64,000 bases of DNA, taken from assembly GCF_004010195.1 (NCBI RefSeq), contig NC_057733.1, positions 30,449,938 to 30,513,937 on the forward strand, written 5' to 3'. The notes beneath the pieces are model-generated. The model had not been told where the DNA came from and ran no database searches. It saw nothing but the letters and a program-made list of their open reading frames with translations. Each line of letters begins with the position of its first letter. Position 1 is the first letter of the stretch. This DNA is from Chiloscyllium plagiosum (taxonomy: Eukaryota). This document shows, one piece after another, positions 24,801 through 36,280 of the stretch. The translations under genes and the position numbers were made by a program.

Positions 24801-26239
24801 GCAATTTTTATTTCCACTGAAGTGAAATAATGAACTATCATTGCATTGGAAATAACTATGATAATTGTAGAACAAGTTTTATTTTAAATGACAGAACAAG
24901 TAGCAGGATGTTGCATTGGTGACCTCCAGTGTGTTGAGGTCTTCCATGCATATGAAAGAAGATCAGCCTCATCTTCTATTCATTAATCACTGCTGAGTTC
25001 AGAATTAAACACGTCCGCGAATGCAGCCCACACTGTTGAACCATTTGTATTTTTTTCCTTGAGTGAATTATAACTTATCAGTGAAAGCACACATACTCCT
25101 GTCAGATGTCTCATATTTTTTGTTATGTTCTGTAAAGATAAACTGAAGTGCTTTCAGCGACTGAGGCTGAGTTGAATGCTTTCATTAACATACTGAGTTG
25201 GGATTTTGTTTCCTTCATTACACTAGTCAGTTATTATTGGTGCGTAATGACTGTTGTTTCTGCAGCTTACATTACAGCACCCAGGCCTTTTCTAGTTCTT
25301 CACTCCTGGCAATTTAACCTATGAAAGACAGGCTGCAGTTCTTGTTGTGCTTTTATTTCTTATTCACTGATTATGGGTCTGAAGATGGGCAAAGAGCATT
25401 TCTTACCACAATGGTGTCATAAACAAAAATCTGAATGATTAGTCAATGTTAGCGTGTCCATATGACACAAGCTTTGGTCAGACTTCACTTTACTTAGAAA
25501 CACTGAAGTGCATAACTCATTTATATTTGAAAATTTTCCAATTCACAACAGAAATTCCAGTTGTGTTCCTAAAAGTTGAGTTTGCAAGTCCTGTAGGTGG
25601 CCATGTTAGTTCTCCATCTACTCTCTGCTGCAATTGTAGATGGGTGTTAAAACTAGGAACCAGAAAGCTGCATTGAACTTGTCCAAATTGTATTCTTTCT
25701 CTGCTCCTTCCTATATTTTGCCTAAATGGATCCAAACTTATTTATTTTTAAATCTTCCTGTTAAAGGCTTTGTTACTAAGATTTTTGAAAAAGGTCAAAA
25801 AATTAGGTTAAGCTGCTCCATTTCAGTTAATATAAGTATGAAGTTGCCAACCTTGGCAATAAAGTACCTTCAAGAAGACATTTGCAGCAATTGGTACATT
25901 TACTGTTTCAGTATTGGTGGAGGTGGCAAACATTAGTTGAACAGCACTAACATCAGCAGGAATTAATCACCTTAGCCATCCTGCATTTACTGGCACCTGA
26001 AGCAATTGAGCAATATACCGCTTGAGGCACATTAGATGGATGAACAGCAGAATTCTTAGTATTTGAATGTTGCGCAGAAATTCAGATTTTTTTCCCCCAT
26101 CATTGTGTAGTTTGTATTCATCTGTTTTATATAATTTTTACCACGTGAATTATGGTTCCCCAGCCTCAACTCCATGGACATGACTTCCACCTTAAGTTAA
26201 GTGCAGAGGTCTGGAACTTATGTTGCTTATTCCTGAGTA

Positions 26240-26780
26240 CTTCACCCCCATGTTTCCTCTATCACTGTGACCATTTCTATTTCCTTAGTATGCTTTTTCT
26301 GCTTCCAAAATTCTGATTCCAGTCTTTATCTACAGGTAAATTTCTCCAGTACTCACCCGGAGACCTTCATAGTGTGCAGCATAGAACTCATCCAAAACAC
26401 TGTGGGACGTGTTAACACCATCACTCTACAGCTGATATGTTCATTGTCCATGTCTTCACCAGCTCTGCTGGCTCATCGTGCCCTGGTGAATTGATCTGAG
26501 GAACGTTGTCTTCACAGCTTCAAATCTTTCACTACCTCAGCAATCTTTTCCAACTCTTACACCAAGCTAGTCCTTTCTTTTTCCTGACTGACCATTCCTG
26601 GCTGCTTTTGTAGCCCCTCGCCATCCTTTACTGCAGCTCGGCTGTGTGTCCCTCCCTCCTCCTCAACACACTGAGGGTTCATCTTTCCATTATTTATTCA
26701 TTCAGCCTCCTTTCCTTTGTCTTTGCCTGACTGTTGGTGGCTACTAGTTTTCTACTTGCCTGTAAAGGGCTTTATCGTTG
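26240..26780 (+). mobile_element. Very old L2-like fragment
   Basis: GAACTCATCCAAAACACTG...CCATCACTC...GCTGGCTC degenerate L2 ORF2 3' pattern. Confidence 0.4.
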
Positions 26781-26979
26781 ACACTTGAGCAGCACCAGAG
26801 AGTTGCAACTTCTAAGAAACATTTTGTAAGGAATGTTTTACATCTTTGTGAGCAATATGCTGCATAATGAGATCAATCAAATGAGTGCTCATATGAAACA
26901 CTTAATCAATTTAGCTTCTAATTGAGCTGTAATGAATGCAAGGCAATCTAGTAAACCTGATTTTCCTCTCTGTCTCTAG

Positions 26980-27112
26980 TGACTGGTTTTCCATACCCTG
27001 GAGCTGGAGCAGCTGTGGCCTACAGAGGAGCTCATTTACGGGGGCGAGGTCGCGCTGTTTACAACACCTTCCGCGCTGCACCCCCACCACCACCGATCCC
27101 TACGTATGGAGC
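26980..27112 (+). CDS. RBFOX3: RBFOX3-like exon, 133 nt ([45 protein letters not shown])
   Basis: tctctag| acceptor and |gtgagt donor; [17 protein letters not shown] and IPTYGA are RBFOX3-type rather than RBFOX1/2-type as recalled; phase 1-2. Confidence 0.96.
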
Positions 27113-28689
27113 GTGAGTATCAGTACAAAACTGGCAGTGTTCTAGATTTGGCAGATTTCATTTTATGGCCCATTATCATGTGCCCTGTGCAAAATACTTT
27201 CTAAGAATTTAATTTTCTTCAACGTATATTAAATAATAGACTTGCAGTGATAGATGTTTCGAGTCTGTTCTGTTGGCATTAAGATTAGAGTCTCATTTTC
27301 ACTTCAATCCTGGCTGTTTGGTGTAGTATTAGAACATAGTGTTGCCAATCAGGACAAGTGATGTGTTATATATCTGTGTTTGAGCTTTCGTGATTTGAGG
27401 ATGGTGTTATTTTCCTTTGTGCTGTTTCACCAGTGAGTAATTTGCAATAGATTACAGACAAATTCTGTAATTTGAATCAACTCAAGAATATCAACTCTGA
27501 AGATGTTCTGTTCTTGTCTGTATAAGCTATTTTACTTTGAAGTGCCAAAATATAATGGAAAATTTGACATATCTGTGAGGAAAGGTTTCCACAGTACTCT
27601 ATATGTGGTAAAATTGTAAGGCTATGTATCAAAAAAAGGCTTACAATTTTGCCACACTTAAAACAAAGAAATCTCAACTCTGGTCACTAACCTAGGCCTT
27701 ACTGTTAAATTCCCCATAATTTAGTGGCTATAATCACTCACTTTCCCTGTTGCTGTGGCCTTTGAGAACTCTGCAATCTTTGAGGGTAGACTTCCTAATT
27801 TAAAAAAATGTACAAGCAATAAATGTTGCTCCTAATTAAACAAAAAGACTGATGGGAGAAAATACTTCAAATGATGCTGTAACAAAGTCGAAGTGAGCCA
27901 CTACAACTTGGTTAATGTGAGATGTAGAGGGCAAATTTGCTTTTGAAAGATTATTTGTTTTATGCAGCGGAGATGTATAATTGGATCGCTTTTTAATTAA
28001 AGTTTTAATAGGAAAATTATTTGTCCTCGATTTATATTTGAAGTTCCTATTTTTCACCACAAATGTGGTTAATTATTTGCTTCCACTAAGTAACAGCTCC
28101 CCCCCCGCCCCCCGCCCCCGCTCCTGTATCTGACTTGAATTGTACTAAAATAGAAATGGTCCATTTTCAACCTTACCCTGCAGCATTTTGCTGTTTGTCT
28201 CGAGCAGGGATTATAGATATTAGCTTTTTTTTTTGTCCTCTGTTTGTTTATTTTACCAGAAATGCGAGTGCAAGTTATGAACCCGTTCTCTCACTTTGCT
28301 TAATTTCTGCGTTTATTGTCACCATTACAAAAATAAAGGAATATAAGCGCTCGTGTCTTTTTCTCAAAGGTTCTATCAGATATCTGGATGCATGATTACA
28401 AATTTGTATTTCCGAATTAACTTAATTGCTTTATAACTCAGTTAATGGAGAGATTCAACTTGTAATAAATGAAATACTTATAATAGATATGACCTAACCT
28501 TCCAGCTTTAAATTAAACTATTCCCAGTTATCCTCACCCAGTCATTTCAGTGTGACTAGAATCAGTAAAATGGTAATCTAGCAGCTTGAATATTACCGTT
28601 AGAGCATCAGCTCTATCAAACCTTGCTATTGAGGAGCAAGAAATTTGCTTTCACTCTGAGGGCTTATAGTTGTTGCACAGACTGAGTAA

Positions 28690-29560
28690 TTTAACGGGTT
28701 AAACTGAGAGGGATTGTGCAGGTATGAGGTGAAATACATGGAAGTCCGGAGGACTAGGAAAGCTATTGAAAAACAACAAAGAGATACAAATAAGAATAGA
28801 AACTATAAAAACAGAATCTGAAAATCTTGCAAGAAATATCAATGCTAAATAAAAGTTTTGCAAATATATTAAATGGAAATTGGCAAAGACAGGAGTAAGT
28901 GAGAATGAAATGGACAGTATCATTTTTGGTGGAATAAACAGGCAATATAGCAATGGTACGGGGAATTTAAAAATGTCAAGGAATGAAATTTAATTAATTT
29001 AATTTACATATACACAAATTGATCAGATGTATGAGTTTTCAATTTCCATCTAGATTATTGGTGGTGACATTAGTCACAATTTTCCAGTCTGTCTCAGTTC
29101 AGAGATTGCGCTCCTCATTTGGAAAATTGTTCATTAAACTTCATGATTTAAGGAAAGGGCAGCCAAGTAGTGCCAGTTTAGCATCAACAAAAGGAAAGTT
29201 ACTGGTATCTGTCATTAGCTACAGAGTGACTGAAGAACTGAACACGTATAAGCTGATCAAAGAGAACCAACTTAGATTTGTGAAAGATAGATCATGTCTG
29301 GCTAATCCAGTTCAATGCTTTGGTTAAGTCCTGCATAGCGGATCAGAGAGATTTTGAGTCTTTGATTATTTGAAATTACATCAATAATTTGGTAGCTTTC
29401 CACACAATAAATAATTAGTAAAACTGAAAGTCTACAATATTATGAAATGGTTTGGTAATTTGACAGGATTTAGATGAAGGGAACATGCACTGATGGATAT
29501 AAATGGTGTCCCCAGGAATCCTGACTTGGCCTCAGCTTTGTTTTGTACTTGTTCGCAGAA
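28690..29560 (+). mobile_element. Degenerate CR1 ORF2 (RT) fragment
   Basis: Remnant LIKENQLRFVKDRSCLAN, compared with LIRDSQHGFVRGKSCLTN at 51829+. Confidence 0.65.
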
Positions 29561-29561
29561 G

Positions 29562-30110
29562 CATAGAAACCAGGAACAGGAATAGGCCGTCAGCTTCTCA
29601 AGCAGGCTTCTGCACTTCAATTAGATTATGACTGATCTGTATTTTAGCTCCATCAATCTCCCTTACTTCTATAAGCATTAAAACTCTTCTTTAATAAGCG
29701 TTATCAATTTGAGTTCTGACAAATTTTAGGTGACATAGATCAACAGCTTCTTGGGAAAGCCAGTTCCCAATTTCCACTATTCTTTATAGGAACAAAGGAG
29801 TTAGGAGGAAGGATAGGCCGTTCAGTTCTTGGAGCTGGTTTAAGAAGATTCTTTAAGATCATGGCTGATCTGTTGTGGTCTCAACTCCACTTTCCTGTCT
29901 TTACCCAATAACATTTGACTCCCTTGTCTGTCAAAAATCTATCTAATTCGACATTGAATAATTTCATTGACCTAATCACCATACATAGTCCTCTTTCACC
30001 CTTTGTGTGAAGAAATGCTCCGAACCCCATGTAGCCTAATTATTTTTAAGACTATCCTCTAACACTTTGGATGCTATCACCAGATGAAATCATTCCTTTC
30101 TATCAACCTG
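29562..30110 (-). mobile_element. Two nested CR1-type 3' end fragments
   Basis: Two ATAGGCCGT..AG...AGAT(T/C)AT(G)ACTGATCTG-type motifs at about 29580 and about 29810. Confidence 0.55.
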
Positions 30111-32326
30111 TCAACTGATGTTCCTCTTCTTCCCTCCTCTGACTCTTCTAGATACTTTTAATTAACCTTTTCATGCACGCTATGACACATGTCAGGGGCA
30201 GGTGGTGCGAGCTCTTGTTGCACAGTGTTAGTGTTCCCCAACCTCTGATCCAGGAGTCCTGGGTTCAAGTCCCAACTGTTCCAGAGATGTGTCATAGCAC
30301 GTCTGAAGAGGTTGGTTAAAAACATCTGGTGTAGGTGGCACTTGAAACAGAATGTACTGGGCTAGAGGTAGGGACACTACCACTGTGCTACAAGATTCTC
30401 TCAAATGACAGCACCTCTATCAGTGCAGCACCCGCACATTACTACACCAGAAGCATCATAAACTCTGGGATGGAAGTTGAACCTCGAGCCTTTGAAAACA
30501 GGAAGCAACTGTGTTGTCACCTGGACCTATGGATGAAGGAATAGAAAGGCGCCTGCCAAGTTTAAGTATGACACTCAATTTAGTGGCTCCTCCTGTGTCC
30601 AGTTCTGGATGTCATCCCTTTGGGATGATACACTGGCCTTGAAGATGGCATACCACAGATTCACTGGAGTCAAATTCTCCAAGTGGTGAATTAGGTATAC
30701 AATTGGCATATAGTTACTTTGCTTTCTTATATTAAAGCATGACCTAATTGAGCTTCAGAAAATAATAATTAGCATTGTTTGGCTATACATGGAGGAACTA
30801 CTTTAGTTGCTGGAGGAATTGAGAACAAGGGATCGTGATTCTCAAGTGAGAGCTCATCAATTTAGGGGTTAAACCAAAAAAAACTTGTTATTTTAAACAA
30901 AGATTAGTGGAAATCTGGAACGCCAAAGGAGTGAAGATAAGTAAATACTGCAAGAGACAGATCAGTTCTAATTGAAAGTGAAACAGACTGGAGGGACTGA
31001 ATGGCCTACTCCTATATTCCTGTAGCAATTGGTGTAAAGTTTCACGTTATAAGTGGCAGGTTGGGTTCTATTGACCAATTGCTGAAAAATGTCTTTAGTG
31101 ATTAACTTACTTTTCCAGCACAGAATTATTATTTGTGATGACTATTCCTGAGTGTTTTTCTTTCCTGAGAAGTTACATCATGTAATTATCTAAAAAAAAT
31201 TATACATCCACATATGGACAAATTCACATTAGGTTTGATCATCTTTATGGCATATCAGCTTCTGAAATGAAAACAAGGCAAACAATTTCCAAAATTCTGC
31301 TGTCACTAGGGGGTAAAAAGAACTGCAAATGTGCTTCAACTCCATCAAACATCTTAAGATCAGCTGATATTTATTATTGATGCTTCATATATAATCTAAG
31401 AAAATCTGTAAAAAAAAAAATAAGTAACAACTGAGTCTGATCCCAAGTAATATATTCCTTGCACAATTTCCAAGGAGATCAACTTTCAGTCAACAATTTG
31501 TTGTTATTAGTAAATTAGCACTTTGTATATAATTCCTGTCATGCACAGAAAGCTACATTTTGACCTTGTTCTTGGCATACATCTCATCTCTTCTACATTA
31601 GTCTGCAACACCATGCTACAAAAAGCAAGTCCTTAGTCTATAGAAGTACAAATTTACCAGCAGGGATCCTTATCCAGCCAGGAGGTTGGGACAGTGTGAA
31701 TGCCATCAATCCTACAATTCAAGTTGGCAGGGTTTTATTTTGCTGTAACAGGCGAAGCTTCATGCCACTATAAATTTCTCTATTGAACAGCATACAATTG
31801 TGAATTAGTGGTACATAGTGGTGATTTATCGAGGTTTTTCTTGGATGGAACTGGGGAGCTGAGGAGGAAAAGCCATGATTAAAAAGTACCTTCAGGCATT
31901 AAGGATTTAAGCTGTGGCTTTTGTATGAAAATCTCAGAAATCTTCCCATTGTTCACTGTAATCATAAGAGCACAAATTCCTGCACAGCCTGGAGAATGGT
32001 ATTCTCTAGTCAAAAGCTGCCAAACTGAGATCTTTGTGTGGTTGGTTATCACGTCCACAACAGGTTGAAAACCTAATATAAAAATCTCAGCTACTTGATC
32101 ATGTCAAACTCTTACATGCCTTCTGGGACTGTATGTATTAAGGAGTGCTCAATTTGACAAAGAAATGTATGTATTGTTGTCTTGGTTTGAATGTAGCCTA
32201 GACGCTGCAACTGATGGGTTTGCTCATTAGTGGAGTACTGTCCTCTGATCATACCCAGGTTTAATAGCAGATGTTTTACGATCAAATATGTGAAAGATAA
32301 TTCATGATGCTTCCTGTTTTTTGCAG

Positions 32327-32366
32327 AGTTGTTTACCAGGATGGGTTTTATGGGGCAGAAATTTAC
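32327..32366 (+). CDS. RBFOX3: RBFOX3-like 40-nt exon (B40 equivalent: VVYQDGFYGAEIY)
   Basis: ttttttgcag| acceptor and |gtgagt donor; exactly 40 nt; phase 2-0. Confidence 0.96.
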
Positions 32367-33963
32367 GTGAGTATTGATTTTAAAATCAAATCGTTTACAA
32401 CTGGTGAGTTGAAAGCACACATGCCTAACTTTTGTCTGCATTCGGAAGGTGTACAATTATTACAGAAACAATATCTACTTCACCTGCAGAAATTGATTGA
32501 ACTTATTGAAATTCCTTTGGATATGTACATTGGTGCTAAACCATTCAAAACTTCATACATCAATACATCTAAAAGAAATGCTCAATGCCCCCTTGAAGAG
32601 GCAGGTCTTTGATCATTATTAGAGCAGAACAGTAGTTCTTAATTAGAGACAGGTTTAGCAGTTCTGATTATTAAAATGATACAGTTGCTCTTATGTCAAA
32701 TTGGTTTGGCATGAATCTAATTAAATTAGAGCACTTATAATCCAGCAGGAACAAATATAAAAACCAAATGATATCTACCAGTTACCAAGAGAAGGGTGAA
32801 TCATTTTGAACAAATTTAGCTCATTACATAATTTTAAGAACATTTGCTACATTTGAAAATTAAAATCGAACTGCATAATTTCTCAAACTGTTAAGTTAAA
32901 GGACAAGGATTTAGAACAAGCTACAAGTTGAAGCTTAAGTCAACACTTCTTTTGTAATCAGAAATTGCCGTTTTAAATTTACTAATGAAAGAATTTCAGT
33001 GAAGTCACTGTTTAATATCAGCCTGTTCCAAAAGGGGCACAGATCAGAGACCACAATGAACGAGTCTCATTATACAGCAAATCCACTTACGCATATAAAT
33101 AGCATTACTCGGTAGCTTGGCAATACATTGAATCGTATAATACCACAAATTACTTCAAAACTTTACCAAATAGAGTAGATAATATCTCTGTACCTTCCTT
33201 CAAGGTTGATACTGAATGAATGAGCCTCAAGTACAAGATCACAGTTGATTGTTACCAGCATAAAGGGTTTACTCAACCACTAAATTGAGTATAACTACAG
33301 TGCTTTTCCTCCAGAACACTTAGACTCTGTATCTTGCAGTAGTGAGATAATGATCCAATAGTCCTGCTGCTGTGGTTAGAGTGGGGAATAAATCTGATGA
33401 TAGATTAAATTTCAAGCTACACACACGAAGGGATATTAAGTAGGCCTGAGCAGCTGGATCTCAGTTGTTGTGATTGTTATCTCACTGGTTTTCGGTTTGC
33501 CTTGAAGTTATCCATAATAGTCTACATTCTATGTTGGGGCTGTCAGCAATCCTGCTGTTAAAGAGTACTGGATCTCATGGTATTTTTGGATAAGGTTTTG
33601 CACAGACTTTATACTGCACTATATTTTCTTCAAATTTAAGATGGAGTGTTCCCAAATCATAAGCTGTGATCCACCATGAGGTCACAAGGCAAGCAACTGA
33701 GGCTGTGAGCTCCCAGTCCTTACTGATCACACAGGTGGAACAGCCATGGGATTAGCCCCTTGGTGTGTGTGTATGTGAATTATTTTCTTGCCTTGGTCTT
33801 GTGAGTGTGGTCTAATGAGCCTCCTCCAAGGCTGTGTTATTTCTTCCAATAGAACATAATGGTAGATGGAAAAAAAAGCAAGCAACCAACTGCAGCAACA
33901 ACCCCCCCCCCCCCCCCCCTCCCCAGCTCTCACAACTCTACTTCCATTTGCTCTCACTGTCCT

Positions 33964-34147
33964 CCCTGGTAGACAAACAGAAGGCTGGAAGTCAGGCAGC
34001 ATCTCAGGAGGTGGAGAAGTCTGATGTTCCGAGAAGGGTTAGACCAGAAACATTGACTTCTCCACCTCCTGATGTTTCCTGGCTTGCTGTGCTCTTCCAG
34101 CCTTCTGTTTGTCTCCTTTTGGATTCCAGCATCTGCATTTTTTTTGT
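33964..34147 (+). mobile_element. Third-family Penelope-like pLTR with an inverted 5' arm
   Basis: GACAAACAGAAGGCTGGAAG / CTTCCAGCCTTCTGTTTGTC inverted arms; flanking CTCTC(A/G)CTGTCCT at 33951-33963 and 34148-34160; decayed hammerhead core. Confidence 0.7.
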
Positions 34148-34555
34148 CTCTCGCTGTCCTTCCTCACAGCTTTACTCCTCACTGTCGGAACCCTCACTGT
34201 TTTTCTTTATGTTTTACCATTTTTAGTTTTGAGCTGTGAACTGACAGCTGAAGGTGACCTTTGAGCTGTGATCAGCGCTTGTGTTTCTTTTTAAAAAAAA
34301 GACAAACTGATAGTCGCGTATGACTCTCCAACTCTTACCATGCCCCTAAAATACAACATCCCCTGCCCTACCCTCCTCTGGGAGCTCTATTCTCCTGTCC
34401 CTTTGGAATCTCTGCAGAATGAGCCACAGTAGTTGGGGGGGGGGGGGGAAGTTGAGTAGCACTGATTTAAGACAAACAGTTTAAGTTCTGAGTTGGACAT
34501 CGACAATGTCAATGTTTCTAGCAGGAATAGATGAATTGCCTGAAAAATGTTGAGG

Positions 34556-36280
34556 AAGTGAGGACTGCAGATGCTGGAGATCAGAGCTGAAAATGTGTTG
34601 CTGGAAAAGCGCAGCAGGTCAGGCAGCATCCAAGGAGCAGGAGAATCGACGTTTCGGGCATGAGCCCTTCTTCAGGAATGAGGAAAGTGTGTCCAGCAGG
34701 CTAAGATAAAAGGTAGGGAGGAGGGACTTGGGGGAGGGGCATTGGAAAGGCATCGTTGCAAGAGGATTCGCAGTAGGTTAAAGGGTTATAGAGAGTGGGC
34801 AGGAAAGTGGAGTTGAGACCGAGATGAGATCAACCCTGATCATATTAAATGTCACAGCAGGCTCAAGGGGCTGAATGGCTTACATCTGCTCCGAGCTTTT
34901 ACGTTCCTATGTTCTCCAGCTCCTGTTTCGTATGTTTTTATTCTTACAAACAGTGGGAGCATAATATAGCGACTTCCATGCCAGGAGTATACATCTGGTA
35001 TAGGAACTTGTGGGCAGAGATTGCTACATGTTTAACACTCGCAAAACAGGCACAGTGAGTTCTCCCAAAGAATGAGATATTTCAATGATTTCAAATTTGG
35101 CAGCATAAGAAAAAGTCACTTATTAATTTAAGCCATTTGCGAAAAAAGCTTGAATGTTGTAACGTTGGTCCTTTTGACTTTGGCTCCCTACCAAGCCAGG
35201 GGGGAGAGGAAAGTACTCTTGATTGACACTGATGCCACATTGTACTTCCATGGTCATTTCAACGGTGCAGTCAAAGCTGAACATATGAACTAAAAGCACT
35301 AATTGAACATATTATTACAACATGGACCCAATTCCATTCTGGGAAGCGTGCTTTTGTTGACCTGTTAGTGAAATAGCACAATATCCAAGGGCAAAGGATT
35401 AAGAACAGAATGAGACCATTCGGCCCTCTGAGACTGCTAAGCTGTTCTTTAAGATCAAGGATAATCAGGGTGTCGGCTCAACTTCACTTTCCTGTCTGGC
35501 TCCCTCCTAACACCCAATTGTCGCGAGCTCAGCCTTGAACAAATTCAATGACACACCCCCGCGGCTTTTTGGTGAAGAGAATTCCATTGATTAATAAAGG
35601 GTATTCATATTCTTAAAGAGTGTCCCTGAGCTTTACAAAAGGTATATCTTCCCAGTGCCCGCCCTCTCGAGCCCTCTCTGGATCTCATGTGTTTCAATAG
35701 CATGAGCTCTCATTTTTCTAAACTCCACTGGTGCAGGTCTAACCTCTGCAACCTTTCCCCATTCAATAACTCCCTCATCCTCAATGAACTGTTCTGAATG
35801 AAATGGTATCTTTTTTCCAAATAAGGAAACCAATACTGCAGACAGCTGAAATAACTGCACGGAGGCCGGTATCCCATTATTAAGTCACCCTTTATTCACG
35901 TGTGCACAGTACATGGGCTCTGACCACCCCTAGAATGAGGAGACTCTCTGACACTCCTGTTTATATCTGTGAGCCAGGGCTCCCTGATTAGCCCAGGTTA
36001 ACAACCCCTCTCAAGGATCTTACAGACAATGGGATGCAATCTTCTTCCTGACCTCTCCGCTCCCACCCCCACTCTGGCCTATCACCCTCACCTTAACCTC
36101 CTTCCACCTATTGCATTTCCAACGCCCCTCCCCCAAGTCCCTCCTCCCTACCTTTTATCTTAGCCTGCTTTGCACACTTTCCTAATTTCTGAAGAAGGGC
36201 TCATACCCGAAATGTCGATTCTCCTGCTCCTTGGATGCTGCCTGACCTGCTGCGCTTTTCCAGCAACACATTTTCAGCTG
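34556..36280 (-). mobile_element. Composite Penelope-like insertion: inverted pLTR arms enclosing about 1.3 kb of other DNA
   Basis: Arms 34556-34748 (-) and about 36040-36279 (+); 15-bp direct repeat TGAAAAATGTTGAGG at 34541-34555 and 36281-36295. Confidence 0.8.

Noticed and set aside
25240-25330. Acceptor ttgtttctgcag as a candidate for the extra exon that RBFOX1/2 have after PEFYA
   Set aside because: In-frame stop after about 20 codons, no convincing donor and no similarity
28097-28122. C-rich tract that could form a minus-strand G-quadruplex (also 33902-33924, 34435-34448)
   Set aside because: Simple homopolymer-like runs with no supporting functional context
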